From contig DATBMR010000015.1 of NCBI GenBank assembly GCA_036554745.1, positions 30,597 through 94,596 on the forward strand: a stretch of DNA of 64,000 nt. Direction: 5' to 3'. The stretch comes from Candidatus Binatia bacterium (GTDB lineage: Bacteria > Desulfobacterota > Binatia > UBA9968). This document shows, piece by piece, positions 1 to 9,175 of the stretch (position 1 is its first letter; every line of letters begins with the position of its first letter). Position numbers and translations under genes: made by a program. The notes under the pieces are model-generated. The model was not told the DNA's origin, did no database searches, and saw nothing but the letters and a program-made list of their open reading frames with translations.

Positions 1-6
1 GGATGT

Positions 7-369
7 ATGTTCGGCAAGGGAGTATTTCAAGAAGAAGAACACCTGCTGCGTGAAATTATTCGCAGCATCGACAAAAGGCTCGATTACTCGGCAAAAGAAG
101 GCGACGGCTCGCGTTTCACAGTGCGGCTGAAGCTCCGCAACCATGAAGCTGATGTTGTGCTTGACTTGGAAGACTTGACGTCCGCGCGGACCGACATGGT
201 TAGACGCCATCAAATTCGCCAGAAAATCAAAGCGCGTTGTGATCACCTCGACAAATCTCGTTACGGCGACGATGTATTGGGGCTGAAATCAGCAAAAATC
301 CTACGGGCCTCGCCGAAACCCGAAGCACCAGCGCACCGAGGCGGCTTCGGTCGCGGTCCGAGAAGGTAA
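7..369 (+). CDS. hypothetical protein (may be 5'-truncated by the window edge)
   Basis: 120-aa ORF with the frame open back to position 1. No recognisable motif. Basic Gly/Arg-rich C-terminus. Ends 24 nt before the next same-strand gene. Confidence 0.3.
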   Translation: MFGKGVFQEEEHLLREIIRSIDKRLDYSAKEGDGSRFTVRLKLRNHEADVVLDLEDLTSARTDMVRRHQIRQKIKARCDHLDKSRYGDDVLGLKSAKILRASPKPEAPAHRGGFGRGPRR

Positions 370-392
370 TCACCTCTCGCCACCGAAATTCT

Positions 393-1256
393 ATGCAAAA
401 AGCGCAGCTCATTCGCGACGCTTTGGCACAACACGGCCAGCTCATCATGCCTGGTGTTTATGATGCCCTGAGCGCAAAAATAGCTGCGCGGGCCGGCTTT
501 GAAGTTGTTTTCATCACCGGTTATAGCCTCTCCGCTACTCTCCTGGGCGAGCCCGATTTCGGGCTGCTTACGCAAACGGAAGTCGTCGGCGCCGCCCAGC
601 GGATATGCTCGGTTGTCGAAACACCCGTGATTGTCGACGCGGACACCGGGTACGGCAATGCCATCAATGTCGTCCGAACGGTCGAAGATCTGTTGCGCGC
701 GGGGGCGGCTGGGATGTTTCTTGAAGATCAAGTCTGGCCGAAACGCTGCGGCCACATGCGGGGCAAACAGGTGATTCCATTGGATGAGCAGCTTAAAAAG
801 CTCAGGGCTGCAGTCGATGCCAGGAATGCCACGGACTTTTTCATCGTGGCGCGCACCGACGCCCGCCAGGCACTGGGAATCGCCGAGGCGATCGAACGGG
901 GCATCGCTTTCAAGGACGCTGGGGCCGACGCGGTTTTCATTGAGGCTCCAGAGTCAAAGCAAGAGATGAGGGAAATCGCTCGGCAAGTTCCGGGGCCGCT
1001 GGTTGCGAATATGCTCGAGCGCGGGGTGACTCCCCTGATGGGACCGAAAGAACTTAAAGACCTAGGGTTCGAGTTGATCGTGTGGCCACTGGCGCCGCTT
1101 TATGCCGTAGCCAAATCGTTGACCGATGTCTATACAACTTTACGCCGGGATGGCTCGACACTCGCAATCCTAGAACAGCTGATGGCGTTCGATGAATTCA
1201 ACGATATTGTCGGTTTAGAAAAAAAATACGCGCTGGATAATAAATATCGAAGCTAA
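393..1256 (+). CDS. isocitrate lyase/PEP mutase family protein (2-methylisocitrate lyase / carboxyvinyl-carboxyphosphonate phosphorylmutase-like)
   Basis: 287 aa. Family signature EDQVWPKRCGHMRGK (K-R-C-G-H), DADTGYG metal-binding motif, TIM-barrel-like pattern throughout. Confidence 0.85.
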   Translation: MQKAQLIRDALAQHGQLIMPGVYDALSAKIAARAGFEVVFITGYSLSATLLGEPDFGLLTQTEVVGAAQRICSVVETPVIVDADTGYGNAINVVRTVEDLLRAGAAGMFLEDQVWPKRCGHMRGKQVIPLDEQLKKLRAAVDARNATDFFIVARTDARQALGIAEAIERGIAFKDAGADAVFIEAPESKQEMREIARQVPGPLVANMLERGVTPLMGPKELKDLGFELIVWPLAPLYAVAKSLTDVYTTLRRDGSTLAILEQLMAFDEFNDIVGLEKKYALDNKYRS

Positions 1257-1295
1257 CCTGAGGAAATTTATGCTACGAAACAATTACTTGCGATA

Positions 1296-2402
1296 TCATA
1301 ATCTCATCGGCATCAATACGTAGAGGTAGCTGTCGAGTCCGGCTTTGCGAATCACGCTCGGGCTAAGCTCATCTTTAAGCTCGATATCGACCTCGCCATC
1401 TCCCCCCAACACCCCCAAGACCTCGATCAGATACCGTGCATTAAAGCCGATCGAAAGAGGCTTACCTTTATACTCGGCTTCAATCTCCTCAACTGCTTCG
1501 CCTAAGTCGGGGTTATTCGCTGAAATCGCTACTCTGCCGTCAGCGAACTCCATGCGAATTCCCTTATAACGCTCGCTCGACAGAATCGATACGCGGCGAA
1601 GCGCTTGGAGGAGTTCATCATGCTCCAGCTTGACGATGTTTGGATTACCCTTGGGAATCACCTTAGTATAGTCTGGAAAATCGCCGTCGATGAGACGCAT
1701 AAAAAGCTCAATCCGCTCCTTGGTTACGAGCCCGAGATTTTCCTTAAAACCCAAAGAAACTGCACCGTCCCCGTCGCTTTCTAAAAGTTTTTTAAGCTCC
1801 GCCAAACCTTTGCGCGGGAGGATCACCCCTTTGGTTAGACCGAAAGACCCGACCGGCTTTTCCTCAAATGCAAGCCGATGGCCGTCAGTGGCGACCATGC
1901 GGATATTGCCTCCCGCTCCTTGCTCAACGTATACGCCGTTCAAGCTGTAACGCGTTTCATCGGTCGAAACGGAAAAAAGCGTGCGCTCGATCATCTCGCG
2001 GAGCAAGGAAGCCGGGGTGCTCAATAACGCCTTACTATCAAACCTCGGAAACTGGGGAAATTCCTTGGCATCGAGACCAACAATTTTAAACACTGACTTT
2101 CCGCTGCGAATCTCTACCCAATCATTATCTAGCCGTTTTAGCTGAACCTGTTCGTGCGGTATCTCCCTGATGATCTCATAAACCTTCTTCGCGTTGATCG
2201 TGACATTTCCTTCTTTGGCGACTTCTCCCTCGACTTCCCCTCTAACACCGACTTCCAGGTCTGTCGCCGTGACGCGAATGGATCCCTTGGTCGCTTCGAA
2301 CAAGACGTTGGCGAGAATGGGCATGGTGTTGCGCCGCTCGACGATGCTTTGAGTCCAATAAAGCGTTGCGAGAAGACTCTCCCGCTTGGCTTTAATTTCC
2401 AT
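1296..2402 (-). CDS. dnaN: DNA polymerase III beta sliding clamp
   Basis: 368 aa. Typical DnaN N-terminus (ILANVLFEA...) and C-terminus (YLYVLMPMRL). Lies immediately downstream of dnaA on the same strand. Confidence 0.95.
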   Translation of the reverse strand: MEIKAKRESLLATLYWTQSIVERRNTMPILANVLFEATKGSIRVTATDLEVGVRGEVEGEVAKEGNVTINAKKVYEIIREIPHEQVQLKRLDNDWVEIRSGKSVFKIVGLDAKEFPQFPRFDSKALLSTPASLLREMIERTLFSVSTDETRYSLNGVYVEQGAGGNIRMVATDGHRLAFEEKPVGSFGLTKGVILPRKGLAELKKLLESDGDGAVSLGFKENLGLVTKERIELFMRLIDGDFPDYTKVIPKGNPNIVKLEHDELLQALRRVSILSSERYKGIRMEFADGRVAISANNPDLGEAVEEIEAEYKGKPLSIGFNARYLIEVLGVLGGDGEVDIELKDELSPSVIRKAGLDSYLYVLMPMRL

Positions 2403-2628
2403 ACTCCCTCCGTGTTACTTCTAGTGGTCCAAATATATATAAAATTTAGGAGTATTAGTAGAGGCTGTGAATAAGGCGCGGAATCGTATTTCAGTCAGAA
2501 AAATCGCAGGCGTACACTGTGACTAAATTGCGGCCCTTGAGTTTGTTTAAACGTTGTCAGATCTAGGCGGCAGGCGCGGCGAGCATTTTCCACAACGACC
2601 GCCTATTTTAGTCACAAGATATCGACAG
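2403..2628. promoter_or_regulatory. dnaA-dnaN spacer with DnaA-box-like 9-mers and an AT-rich tract (possible oriC part or DUE)
   Basis: TGTGAATAA at 2466-2474 and TTTTCCACA at 2586-2594, each one mismatch from TGTGGATAA/TTATCCACA. AT-rich run ccaaatatatataaaattt at about 2429-2450. Confidence 0.4.
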
Positions 2629-3963
2629 CTATTTGCGAACGTTGAGACTTCGCTCAAGCTTTTCGATCGTAATTTGCATATTTTGGTCTTCTTTGATTTT
2701 TCTTTCGATGGTCTTAGAGGCGTGAATGACCGTGGAATGATCGCGTCCGCCGAATTTATCGCCGATCCCGGGAAAAGAAGCGTCGGTGTATTTGCGGCAC
2801 AGGTACATGGCGACTTGCCGCGGCAACGCAATGCTTTGTGTCCGCCGTTTTGCTTTTAGATCACCGAGCTTTACGTTAAAATAATCACAAATCATCTTCT
2901 GAATGTTTTCGACCGTGATCTCTCTGCGGGCGTTATTCAAGGTATTGCGCAGCACGTCTTTCGCCAAATCAACCGTGATGGTCGCTTTGGTCAAGGATGC
3001 AAACGCTCCGAGTCGCGTTAGAGAGCCTTCCAATTCTCGTACGTTCGAATCGATGTTCGATGCGAGAAAGATCGCGACATCGTGGGGTAGTTGAACACCT
3101 TCGACTTCGGCTTTTTTCTGCAGGATGGCCACCCGCGTCTCCATGTCAGGCGGTTGGATGTCCGCAATCAAGCCCCACTCGAATCGGTTCCTCAAGCGGT
3201 CTTCAATTCCCGGAATTTCCTTCGGAAATTTGTCCGATGTAATAACAATTTGTTTATGCGATTCGTAGAGTGAATTGAAGGTGTGAAAGAATTCTTCCTG
3301 AGTGCGCTCCTTGCCGGCAATAAATTGGACGTCGTCAAGAATCAGGATATCTACGTTGCGGAATTTTCGCTTGAACTCGTCCATCTTGTCGCGTCTGAGC
3401 GAAGCGATCAACTCGTTCATGAAAGATTCCGAGCTAAGGTAAAACACCTTCAAGCCTGCGCGCTGTGCAGCTGCTCGATGGCCAATAGCGTTGACCAGGT
3501 GAGTCTTCCCGAGTCCGACGCCGCCGTAAATGAACAAAGGGTTGTAGTTATCGCCCGGCTGGTTTGCCACAGCTACGCAAGCCGCATGGGCGAATTGGTT
3601 ACTCGCTCCAATAACGAAGTTCTCAAAGGTATACTTGGCCACCAGGTTGTTGGCTCGTTGCGGTTTATCGCGTTCCTTCTCATCTTTCTTGATACCGTGT
3701 TCCGACGCCGTAGACTTGGCATTTCGCTCGTCGACCTGAAAGATAATTTTAAGGTCATGCTTAGCCGCTGTGCTCAGGATGATTTCGAGTTTACGTGCGT
3801 AGTTTTCGATCACCCAATCGCGAAAGAATTTGTTGGGAACCTCAAGAACGATTTCATTCTTGTTCCGCGATACGAAATGAATCGGCGCAATCCAGGTTTC
3901 AAAATTCTGCCGGCCGATTTCATCCTTAATGTCTGCTAATGCTCTTGCCCATAGCTCGCTCAT
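2629..3963 (-). CDS. dnaA: chromosomal replication initiator protein DnaA
   Basis: Walker A GGVGLGKTHL, AAA+ domain III, C-terminal DnaA-box-binding domain (GGRDHSTVIHA). The track ORF begins with GTG at 3972. The ATG at 3963 (MSELWA...) is the more likely start. Confidence 0.97.
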   Translation of the reverse strand: MSELWARALADIKDEIGRQNFETWIAPIHFVSRNKNEIVLEVPNKFFRDWVIENYARKLEIILSTAAKHDLKIIFQVDERNAKSTASEHGIKKDEKERDKPQRANNLVAKYTFENFVIGASNQFAHAACVAVANQPGDNYNPLFIYGGVGLGKTHLVNAIGHRAAAQRAGLKVFYLSSESFMNELIASLRRDKMDEFKRKFRNVDILILDDVQFIAGKERTQEEFFHTFNSLYESHKQIVITSDKFPKEIPGIEDRLRNRFEWGLIADIQPPDMETRVAILQKKAEVEGVQLPHDVAIFLASNIDSNVRELEGSLTRLGAFASLTKATITVDLAKDVLRNTLNNARREITVENIQKMICDYFNVKLGDLKAKRRTQSIALPRQVAMYLCRKYTDASFPGIGDKFGGRDHSTVIHASKTIERKIKEDQNMQITIEKLERSLNVRK

Positions 3964-4026
3964 AATCAACACCCAGATAATGTAGGGAAACTCTAAGAGA
4001 AAATGGAAAAATAGTTACAAACAATG

Positions 4027-4046
4027 TTATCCACAGCTGTGGATAA
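4027..4046. promoter_or_regulatory. pair of perfect inverted DnaA boxes (TTATCCACA-gc-TGTGGATAA)
   Basis: Read directly from the sequence, 64 nt upstream of the dnaA ATG in the divergent dnaA/hemL spacer. A weaker box, TGTGGAAAC, lies at about 4165. A/T runs at about 4141-4150 and 4268-4300. Confidence 0.75.
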
Positions 4047-4358
4047 CCCCAAAGGCCGTTTTGTCTCTATAGTCTGCGTGATGTGACTGTCGGCAATGGA
4101 AGTGGTGATGGCGGCAAGCATCGACTGTGCACCTCACGCAGAAAAAAAATTTCCGCCAACCCTGGTTGTGGAAACTTTTTTCGCGCCCGTGTCGAAAAAG
4201 GAGATTGAGGGCGCCGCGCAATTTGATCGGAAGCGTTTTTAATAGTCCTTTTCAAATTTCATTGCAACAAAAAAACCACGGCAAGAAAAAAAATTTTTGC
4301 TTCCGCATTCAGGTTGACAGCTGAACACCCCAGGTGTAAGCAACCAAGTTCTCTATCC

Positions 4359-5645
4359 ATGTCTCGCTCAGCAGAAATTTTTCGGCGCGCCATCAGAAGA
4401 ATACCTGGAGGTGTGAACAGCCCGGTGCGGGCTTGGAAGTCTGTCGGAGGTAAACCGCTGGTAATCGCCCGCGGCAAAGGGAGCTATATTTTCGATATCG
4501 ATGGGCGGCGCTACATCGATTTTGTCGGTTCATGGGGACCGCTCATTTTAGGACATGCTCACCCAAAGATCGTGCAAGTCGTAAAACAGCAAGCAGGTAA
4601 AGGGTTTACCTTTGGCGCGCCCACCGAAGCGGAAGCGCAGCTAGCGGAAGAGGTGTCACGACACATGCCTTCAGTCCAGATGTTGCGGCTCGTCAGTTCT
4701 GGGACTGAAGCGACCATGAGCGCGATCAGGCTCGCACGAGCCTTCACCGGGCGGCGAAAAATCGTGAAATTCGATGGTTGCTATCACGGTCACGTAGATG
4801 GACTGCTCGTCAAGGCGGGCTCCGGAGTAGCAACCCTTGGGCTGCCCGACTGCCCGGGCGTGCCCGACAGCGTCGCCAGGGAAACATTGGTTGCGAAATA
4901 TAATGATGTCGCTTCACTGCAAAGAATTTTCGAAAAGCATGGCAGTGAAACGGCGGCGGTGATCGTTGAGCCGATTTGCGGCAATATGGGCGTTATTCCG
5001 GCACGCCCGGATTTTATCCAGGCTTTGCGAAACGTTACCCGCCAAAATGGCGCACTACTCATCTTCGACGAGGTCATTACCGGTTTTCGTCTGGCGCTTG
5101 GGGGCGCGCAGGAAATCTTTCGAGTCAAACCTGATCTTACATGCGTGGGAAAAATAATTGGTGGCGGCTTTCCATTGGCCGCGTATGGCGGACCGCGTAA
5201 GATCATGAATTTACTCGCGCCTTCCGGCCCGGTTTATCAAGCCGGGACTTTGTCGGGTAATCCGATCGCAGTTAACGCTGGCCTGGCAACACTCAAGGTC
5301 CTGTCCCGGCGCGGCACCTATCGAGAGTTGGAAGAAAAAGGAGGATATCTCGCTGACGGATTCCGGGCGATACTCGCAAAGCACGGCATTAAGGGAACAG
5401 TCAACCATGTTGGCTCAATGATGACATTGTTTTTTGGCGTCGAAAATGTGCGTGATGCAGACGATGCGCGAAAGTGCGATCGCCGACAGTTTGCCACTTT
5501 TTTCCACGGAATGTTGAGTCGCGGAGTCTACCTTCCGCCGGCGCCGTTCGAAGCGATGTTTGTTTCGCTCGCTCATTCGCGAACCGATTTAAATCGGACA
5601 ATTCGGGCCTTTGACGACTGGGCCGCAACGGAGGCGTTAACTTGA
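4359..5645 (+). CDS. hemL: glutamate-1-semialdehyde 2,1-aminomutase
   Basis: N-terminus SAEIFRRAIRRIPGGVNSPVRAW. PLP-lysine context CVGKIIGGGFP. Class III aminotransferase pattern. Start set at the internal ATG 4359 (the track ORF starts at 4314). Confidence 0.95.
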   Translation: MSRSAEIFRRAIRRIPGGVNSPVRAWKSVGGKPLVIARGKGSYIFDIDGRRYIDFVGSWGPLILGHAHPKIVQVVKQQAGKGFTFGAPTEAEAQLAEEVSRHMPSVQMLRLVSSGTEATMSAIRLARAFTGRRKIVKFDGCYHGHVDGLLVKAGSGVATLGLPDCPGVPDSVARETLVAKYNDVASLQRIFEKHGSETAAVIVEPICGNMGVIPARPDFIQALRNVTRQNGALLIFDEVITGFRLALGGAQEIFRVKPDLTCVGKIIGGGFPLAAYGGPRKIMNLLAPSGPVYQAGTLSGNPIAVNAGLATLKVLSRRGTYRELEEKGGYLADGFRAILAKHGIKGTVNHVGSMMTLFFGVENVRDADDARKCDRRQFATFFHGMLSRGVYLPPAPFEAMFVSLAHSRTDLNRTIRAFDDWAATEALT

Positions 5646-5679
5646 TAGACCAAAATTAGCGTGCTAGAAGAACAACGAA

Positions 5680-5973
5680 GTGGGGAAAGCGGCAGGTCGC
5701 CCCGAAAGTCGGCAAGAAAACCAAACTCCCTTCCTGCGCCGGGCGGGCCTTTATCTAGGAGTAGCGTTCGAACTACCGGGCACCATTCTTGCCGGTTTGT
5801 TGGCCGGCTATTATTTGGATGGGTTTTTCGGTAGTTCGCCCTGGTTGCTGATTGCCTGTACCGCGATGGCGTTTGTCGGCGCCTTTGTTAGATTGCTAAA
5901 ATGGGTCAGGTATTTTTCACGTGACCGTGGCCATGATGCAAGCCGCCGCGAAAAAGGCGATTCTACGGATTGA
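5680..5973 (+). CDS. AtpZ/AtpI-like small membrane protein of the F0F1 ATP synthase operon
   Basis: 97 aa with two predicted TM helices (LYLGVAFELPGTILAGLLAGYYL, WLLIACTAMAFVGAFV). Sits first in the atp F0 operon. GTG start. Confidence 0.55.
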   Translation: MGKAAGRPESRQENQTPFLRRAGLYLGVAFELPGTILAGLLAGYYLDGFFGSSPWLLIACTAMAFVGAFVRLLKWVRYFSRDRGHDASRREKGDSTD

Positions 5974-6313
5974 ATTGTGGCATGCACTCTTGCTTTTGGT
6001 GCTGCTGGCCGTGCTTGGGCCAGCTAGCTTGATTGACGTTAGGGCATTCTTGCTTGGCGGAGTTTTCATGGGGTTAAATTTTATTCTCCTTGGTTTCGGC
6101 ATTGCATGGGTGTTGGCTCCGCTCGCGGGAAGGGGTCGAGTCAAGGCGGGCATCGGTTTGCTGGTTGCAAAGACTGTGCTTTTTTTGGGTTTGTTGATGG
6201 CCTTATTCTATCGCGTGGATCTTGACGTGCTTTCCTTCGCACTAGGCTTTTCGAGTTTACTAGTCGCGATCTTTGTCGAGGCGATTCGAAGAGCGGTTCA
6301 GGTGGAAGCTTAG
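5921..6313 (+). CDS. atpI: ATP synthase protein I
   Basis: 130-aa polytopic membrane ORF directly upstream of atpB. The start is uncertain because it overlaps the previous ORF by 53 nt. Confidence 0.6.
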   Translation: MTVAMMQAAAKKAILRIELWHALLLLVLLAVLGPASLIDVRAFLLGGVFMGLNFILLGFGIAWVLAPLAGRGRVKAGIGLLVAKTVLFLGLLMALFYRVDLDVLSFALGFSSLLVAIFVEAIRRAVQVEA

Positions 6314-6319
6314 AGGAAA

Positions 6320-7120
6320 ATGGAACACCCGTTTACATGGTATAATTTGCTGCCGCAGTCCGTGCAGCACGCCATCGGCGATCACACGTTTTTCGCTGTA
6401 GTCTCGGCGGTCGTTTTGTTACTATTCGCAGTTAGCGCTCGCCGTGCATTGGCCACAGCTCAGGATCCCGCCACTCCAGCTGCTGGGGTGGGCTCGAGAA
6501 ACGTCGCCGAGCTGCTGCTCCAGATGGTCGTTACTCAAAGCGATCAAATCATCGGCCATCAGGGACGCAAGTATGTTCCGTTCTTTGCGACCTTTTTCTT
6601 GTTTATTCTGTTCAGCAACCTCATGGGGCTTTTCCCCGGCTTTTCGCCACCCACGGGCAACCTCAACACGACGCTCGGTTTAGCGCTGTGTGCTTTCATC
6701 GGCTACAACGTAATTGGCGTGCGTGAGCAAGGCGGCGCCTATTTTAAACACTTCATCGGCCCCATGACCAGCCTTCCTGCACGTAGCATCCTCGGAAAGG
6801 TGGCCTTTCTGCCAGTGCTGCTAATCTCTGCGACATTCTTTTTCATTCTTGAGATTTTTTCCCACGGTTTCAGACCAGTGTCACTCTCTCTCCGTCTTTT
6901 CGGAAACATGATGGGCGATCACGAGGTGATTTTTGCATTCATTAATTTGACAAAGGTCATCGTGCCGGTGGCCTTCTATGCGATGGGTACCCTGGTCAGC
7001 ATCATCCAAGCTTTTGTCTTTACTTTGTTGACGATGATTTATGTCGCCTTGGCGATCAGCCATGGTCACGACGAAGATCACGCTCACGACGCGCATCCAG
7101 CAGAACAAGCACATCATTAA
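6320..7120 (+). CDS. atpB: F0F1 ATP synthase subunit a
   Basis: 266 aa. Conserved stator Arg motif LSLRLFGNMMGDH. Polytopic membrane profile. Confidence 0.93.
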   Translation: MEHPFTWYNLLPQSVQHAIGDHTFFAVVSAVVLLLFAVSARRALATAQDPATPAAGVGSRNVAELLLQMVVTQSDQIIGHQGRKYVPFFATFFLFILFSNLMGLFPGFSPPTGNLNTTLGLALCAFIGYNVIGVREQGGAYFKHFIGPMTSLPARSILGKVAFLPVLLISATFFFILEIFSHGFRPVSLSLRLFGNMMGDHEVIFAFINLTKVIVPVAFYAMGTLVSIIQAFVFTLLTMIYVALAISHGHDEDHAHDAHPAEQAHH

Positions 7121-7190
7121 GCGATCGGCCGTTCGGAGATGATGAGGAAAGAGGAGGGGTAGGTATGGATCGCTGGAAAGGAGAAAGGAG

Positions 7191-7520
7191 ATGAAGGTGC
7201 TGTTTGCATTTTTCGGCACGCTGGTTACTGGAGTTATCGCTACCGGTAGCGCCTTGGCTGCGGCCGAAGGCGCTGCCGTGGCTGGGGATTCGAACCGTGC
7301 CGTGGCGATCGCGATCTCCGCTGGTATCGCGGTAGCGATTGCCGCGTTTGGCGCGGCCTTGGGACAAGGCCGTGTCGGCGCTGCCGCCATGGAAAGCATC
7401 GGTCGCAATCCCAATGCCGCCGACAAGCTCTTCTTGCCGCTGGTTTTGACCCTAGCGTTGCTAGAAGCTTTGGCGCTCTACGGCTTTGTTATTGCGATTC
7501 TTCTGCAGGGCAAGATCTAA
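7191..7520 (+). CDS. atpE: F0F1 ATP synthase subunit c, with an N-terminal extension
   Basis: C-terminal roughly 75 aa form the canonical hairpin (GAALGQGRVGAAAMESIGRNP ... LLEALALYGFVIA, with the carboxylate Glu). RBS GGAGAAAGGAG upstream. About 35 extra N-terminal residues look like a signal peptide. Confidence 0.9.
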   Translation: MKVLFAFFGTLVTGVIATGSALAAAEGAAVAGDSNRAVAIAISAGIAVAIAAFGAALGQGRVGAAAMESIGRNPNAADKLFLPLVLTLALLEALALYGFVIAILLQGKI

Positions 7521-7546
7521 TTAGAAGCTGCGGGAGCGTTGGCTTC

Positions 7547-7580
7547 AAAAGGGGTAAAGACATATGTCCTTACCCCTTTT
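7547..7580. terminator. bidirectional intrinsic terminator between convergent atpE and the dCMP deaminase gene
   Basis: AAAAGGGGTAA-agacatatgtcc-TTACCCCTTTT hairpin flanked by A and T runs. It overlaps the deaminase stop codon. Confidence 0.6.
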
Positions 7581-8046
7581 AGCTTACGGGAAGGTCCACT
7601 TTGTAGAGATGAACCTGGGTGTAGCGCAACAGTTCGTCTAGGGTGTGCAACTTGTAGGCTTTCTCATAAAAGATTTCCTTTATTCCTGTATTGACCAGAA
7701 CCTTGAGGCAGTGAATGCACGGCGTATGGGTGATGTAGATCGCTGCCTCCTTTATGCTTGCTCCGTTTTTTGCCGCCTGTGCAATCGCGTTCATCTCTGC
7801 ATGAATGGTCCGAAAACAGTTTTGTTCGACCTCGCCATTGGGTGTTCTCGATTCGTAGATAAGGCATCCGACGTCGGTACAATGAGGCATCCCCGCGGGA
7901 GCACCGTTGTATCCTGTGGCGAGAATGTTCTTGTCGCGGACGATGACGGCTCCCACTTTTGCTCGGCAGCAGGTCGACCGCTCCGCTACCTGCCGCGTGA
8001 TGGTCATAAAATATTGATCCCAGCTTAAGCGTTGGCCCATTAACAA
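7579..8046 (-). CDS. deoxycytidylate (dCMP) deaminase
   Basis: 155 aa. Zinc motifs HAEMNAI and PCIHCLKVL of the cytidine/deoxycytidylate deaminase family. Confidence 0.9.
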   Translation of the reverse strand: MLMGQRLSWDQYFMTITRQVAERSTCCRAKVGAVIVRDKNILATGYNGAPAGMPHCTDVGCLIYESRTPNGEVEQNCFRTIHAEMNAIAQAAKNGASIKEAAIYITHTPCIHCLKVLVNTGIKEIFYEKAYKLHTLDELLRYTQVHLYKVDLPVS

Positions 8047-8057
8047 CCTCCTTAAAC

Positions 8058-8837
8058 TCAGCTGCCGAATACGAGTCTGACTTTATCACCGATGCTGGCA
8101 CCGCTGCTTCGCTGCGCGCTACCCTGGTTGACCGCAATCTCCAGAACTCCCCAGCTATTTATGACTGCGACGAATTCGCCGCATCCGGCCGCGGCATAGC
8201 TGGGCGAGAGTCCCTGGATACGAACCGCGCCCATAGAAATCGCGCAACCTGTCGACCGCCAGGTCACATCATGCTCCTCTATGTTTGTAAACAGGTTTCC
8301 GAAGGCATCGATGTAGATGATCTCGCCCTCCAGCGTGTTTTGCCTTCGCATGATTTCGGGCAGCGCCAACCTAAAGAAACTGTCCAACTTTCGGCCGAAA
8401 GCCGCCGGCGCGATGCCCAGCGACAGATGAGCAGCTGCCGGTGCGAAGATATCCCGGCCGTGAAAAGTCGTACCAGCGGCGGGCAACTGGTATGTAAGAT
8501 TGGAAAGCTCGACGATTGTCGCTGGCTTGAACGCGGCGATCGCCAAACTCAATACCCCGTTATCGGGGCCGATGAAGTAACTACCGCCGCATTCGATCAA
8601 TATTGGCCGACGGATGCTGCCCACGCCCGGATCCACGACGGCGACATGAACGCTTCCGGGCGGGAAGTAGGTGACTGAATGCCGCAGCACCAATGCGCCG
8701 GCGAGGACGTCCTGGGCGGGAATGCCATGCGTCACATCTATCACCTGAGCCTGCGGATTGATGCCGGCAATCACCCCTTTCATGACGCCGACAAAAGGAT
8801 CGCGCAGACCAAAATCAGTCGTAAGCGTAATTAGCAT
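8058..8837 (-). CDS. SAM hydrolase / SAM-dependent halogenase family protein (DUF62, S-adenosyl-L-methionine hydroxide adenosyltransferase-like)
   Basis: 259 aa. Characteristic N-terminus LTTDFGLRDPFVGVMKGVI, then VVDPGVGS and FHGRDIFAP motifs. Confidence 0.85.
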   Translation of the reverse strand: MLITLTTDFGLRDPFVGVMKGVIAGINPQAQVIDVTHGIPAQDVLAGALVLRHSVTYFPPGSVHVAVVDPGVGSIRRPILIECGGSYFIGPDNGVLSLAIAAFKPATIVELSNLTYQLPAAGTTFHGRDIFAPAAAHLSLGIAPAAFGRKLDSFFRLALPEIMRRQNTLEGEIIYIDAFGNLFTNIEEHDVTWRSTGCAISMGAVRIQGLSPSYAAAGCGEFVAVINSWGVLEIAVNQGSAQRSSGASIGDKVRLVFGS

Positions 8838-9175
8838 GATGACGATTTATTTAGTCGCCAATCTAAGCAAAAAAGCATGACCCGGTAAAGTCGGTCTACT
8901 CACCGAGCGATCTCCGGGTTACATATGGTGGTCGGCTCCGCAACTTCCCCAGATCACGCGGTATTTAAACCTGTTTTAGAAGTTGTGCCATGCGCGTCTT
9001 TCGTCCGCTCCAATACAAGAACAGGCGCCTTCGTTGCCACCTTCAGTGCCGCACTGGGCCTGAGCTTAACGTCGGCGGCATCCATTGCATAACTGCCATC
9101 GTTTTCTATCGGTTGCTGCTAGTGCCTAAACAATCGACCGGATGAGTTGGCGACCGGTACAGTGTCAGCCGCGCT

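Noticed and set aside
6881-7426. 181-aa and 103-aa minus-strand ORFs antisense to atpB/atpE
   Set aside because: These are Ala/Pro-rich shadow ORFs opposite strongly supported ATP synthase genes. They have no RBS or motif.
8838-9175. 338-bp gap containing a 55-codon plus-strand ORF (ATG at about 8926)
   Set aside because: It has no RBS, an unremarkable composition and no structural RNA motif I recognise. It is most simply the promoter region of the DUF62 gene plus the 3' UTR of the AKR operon.
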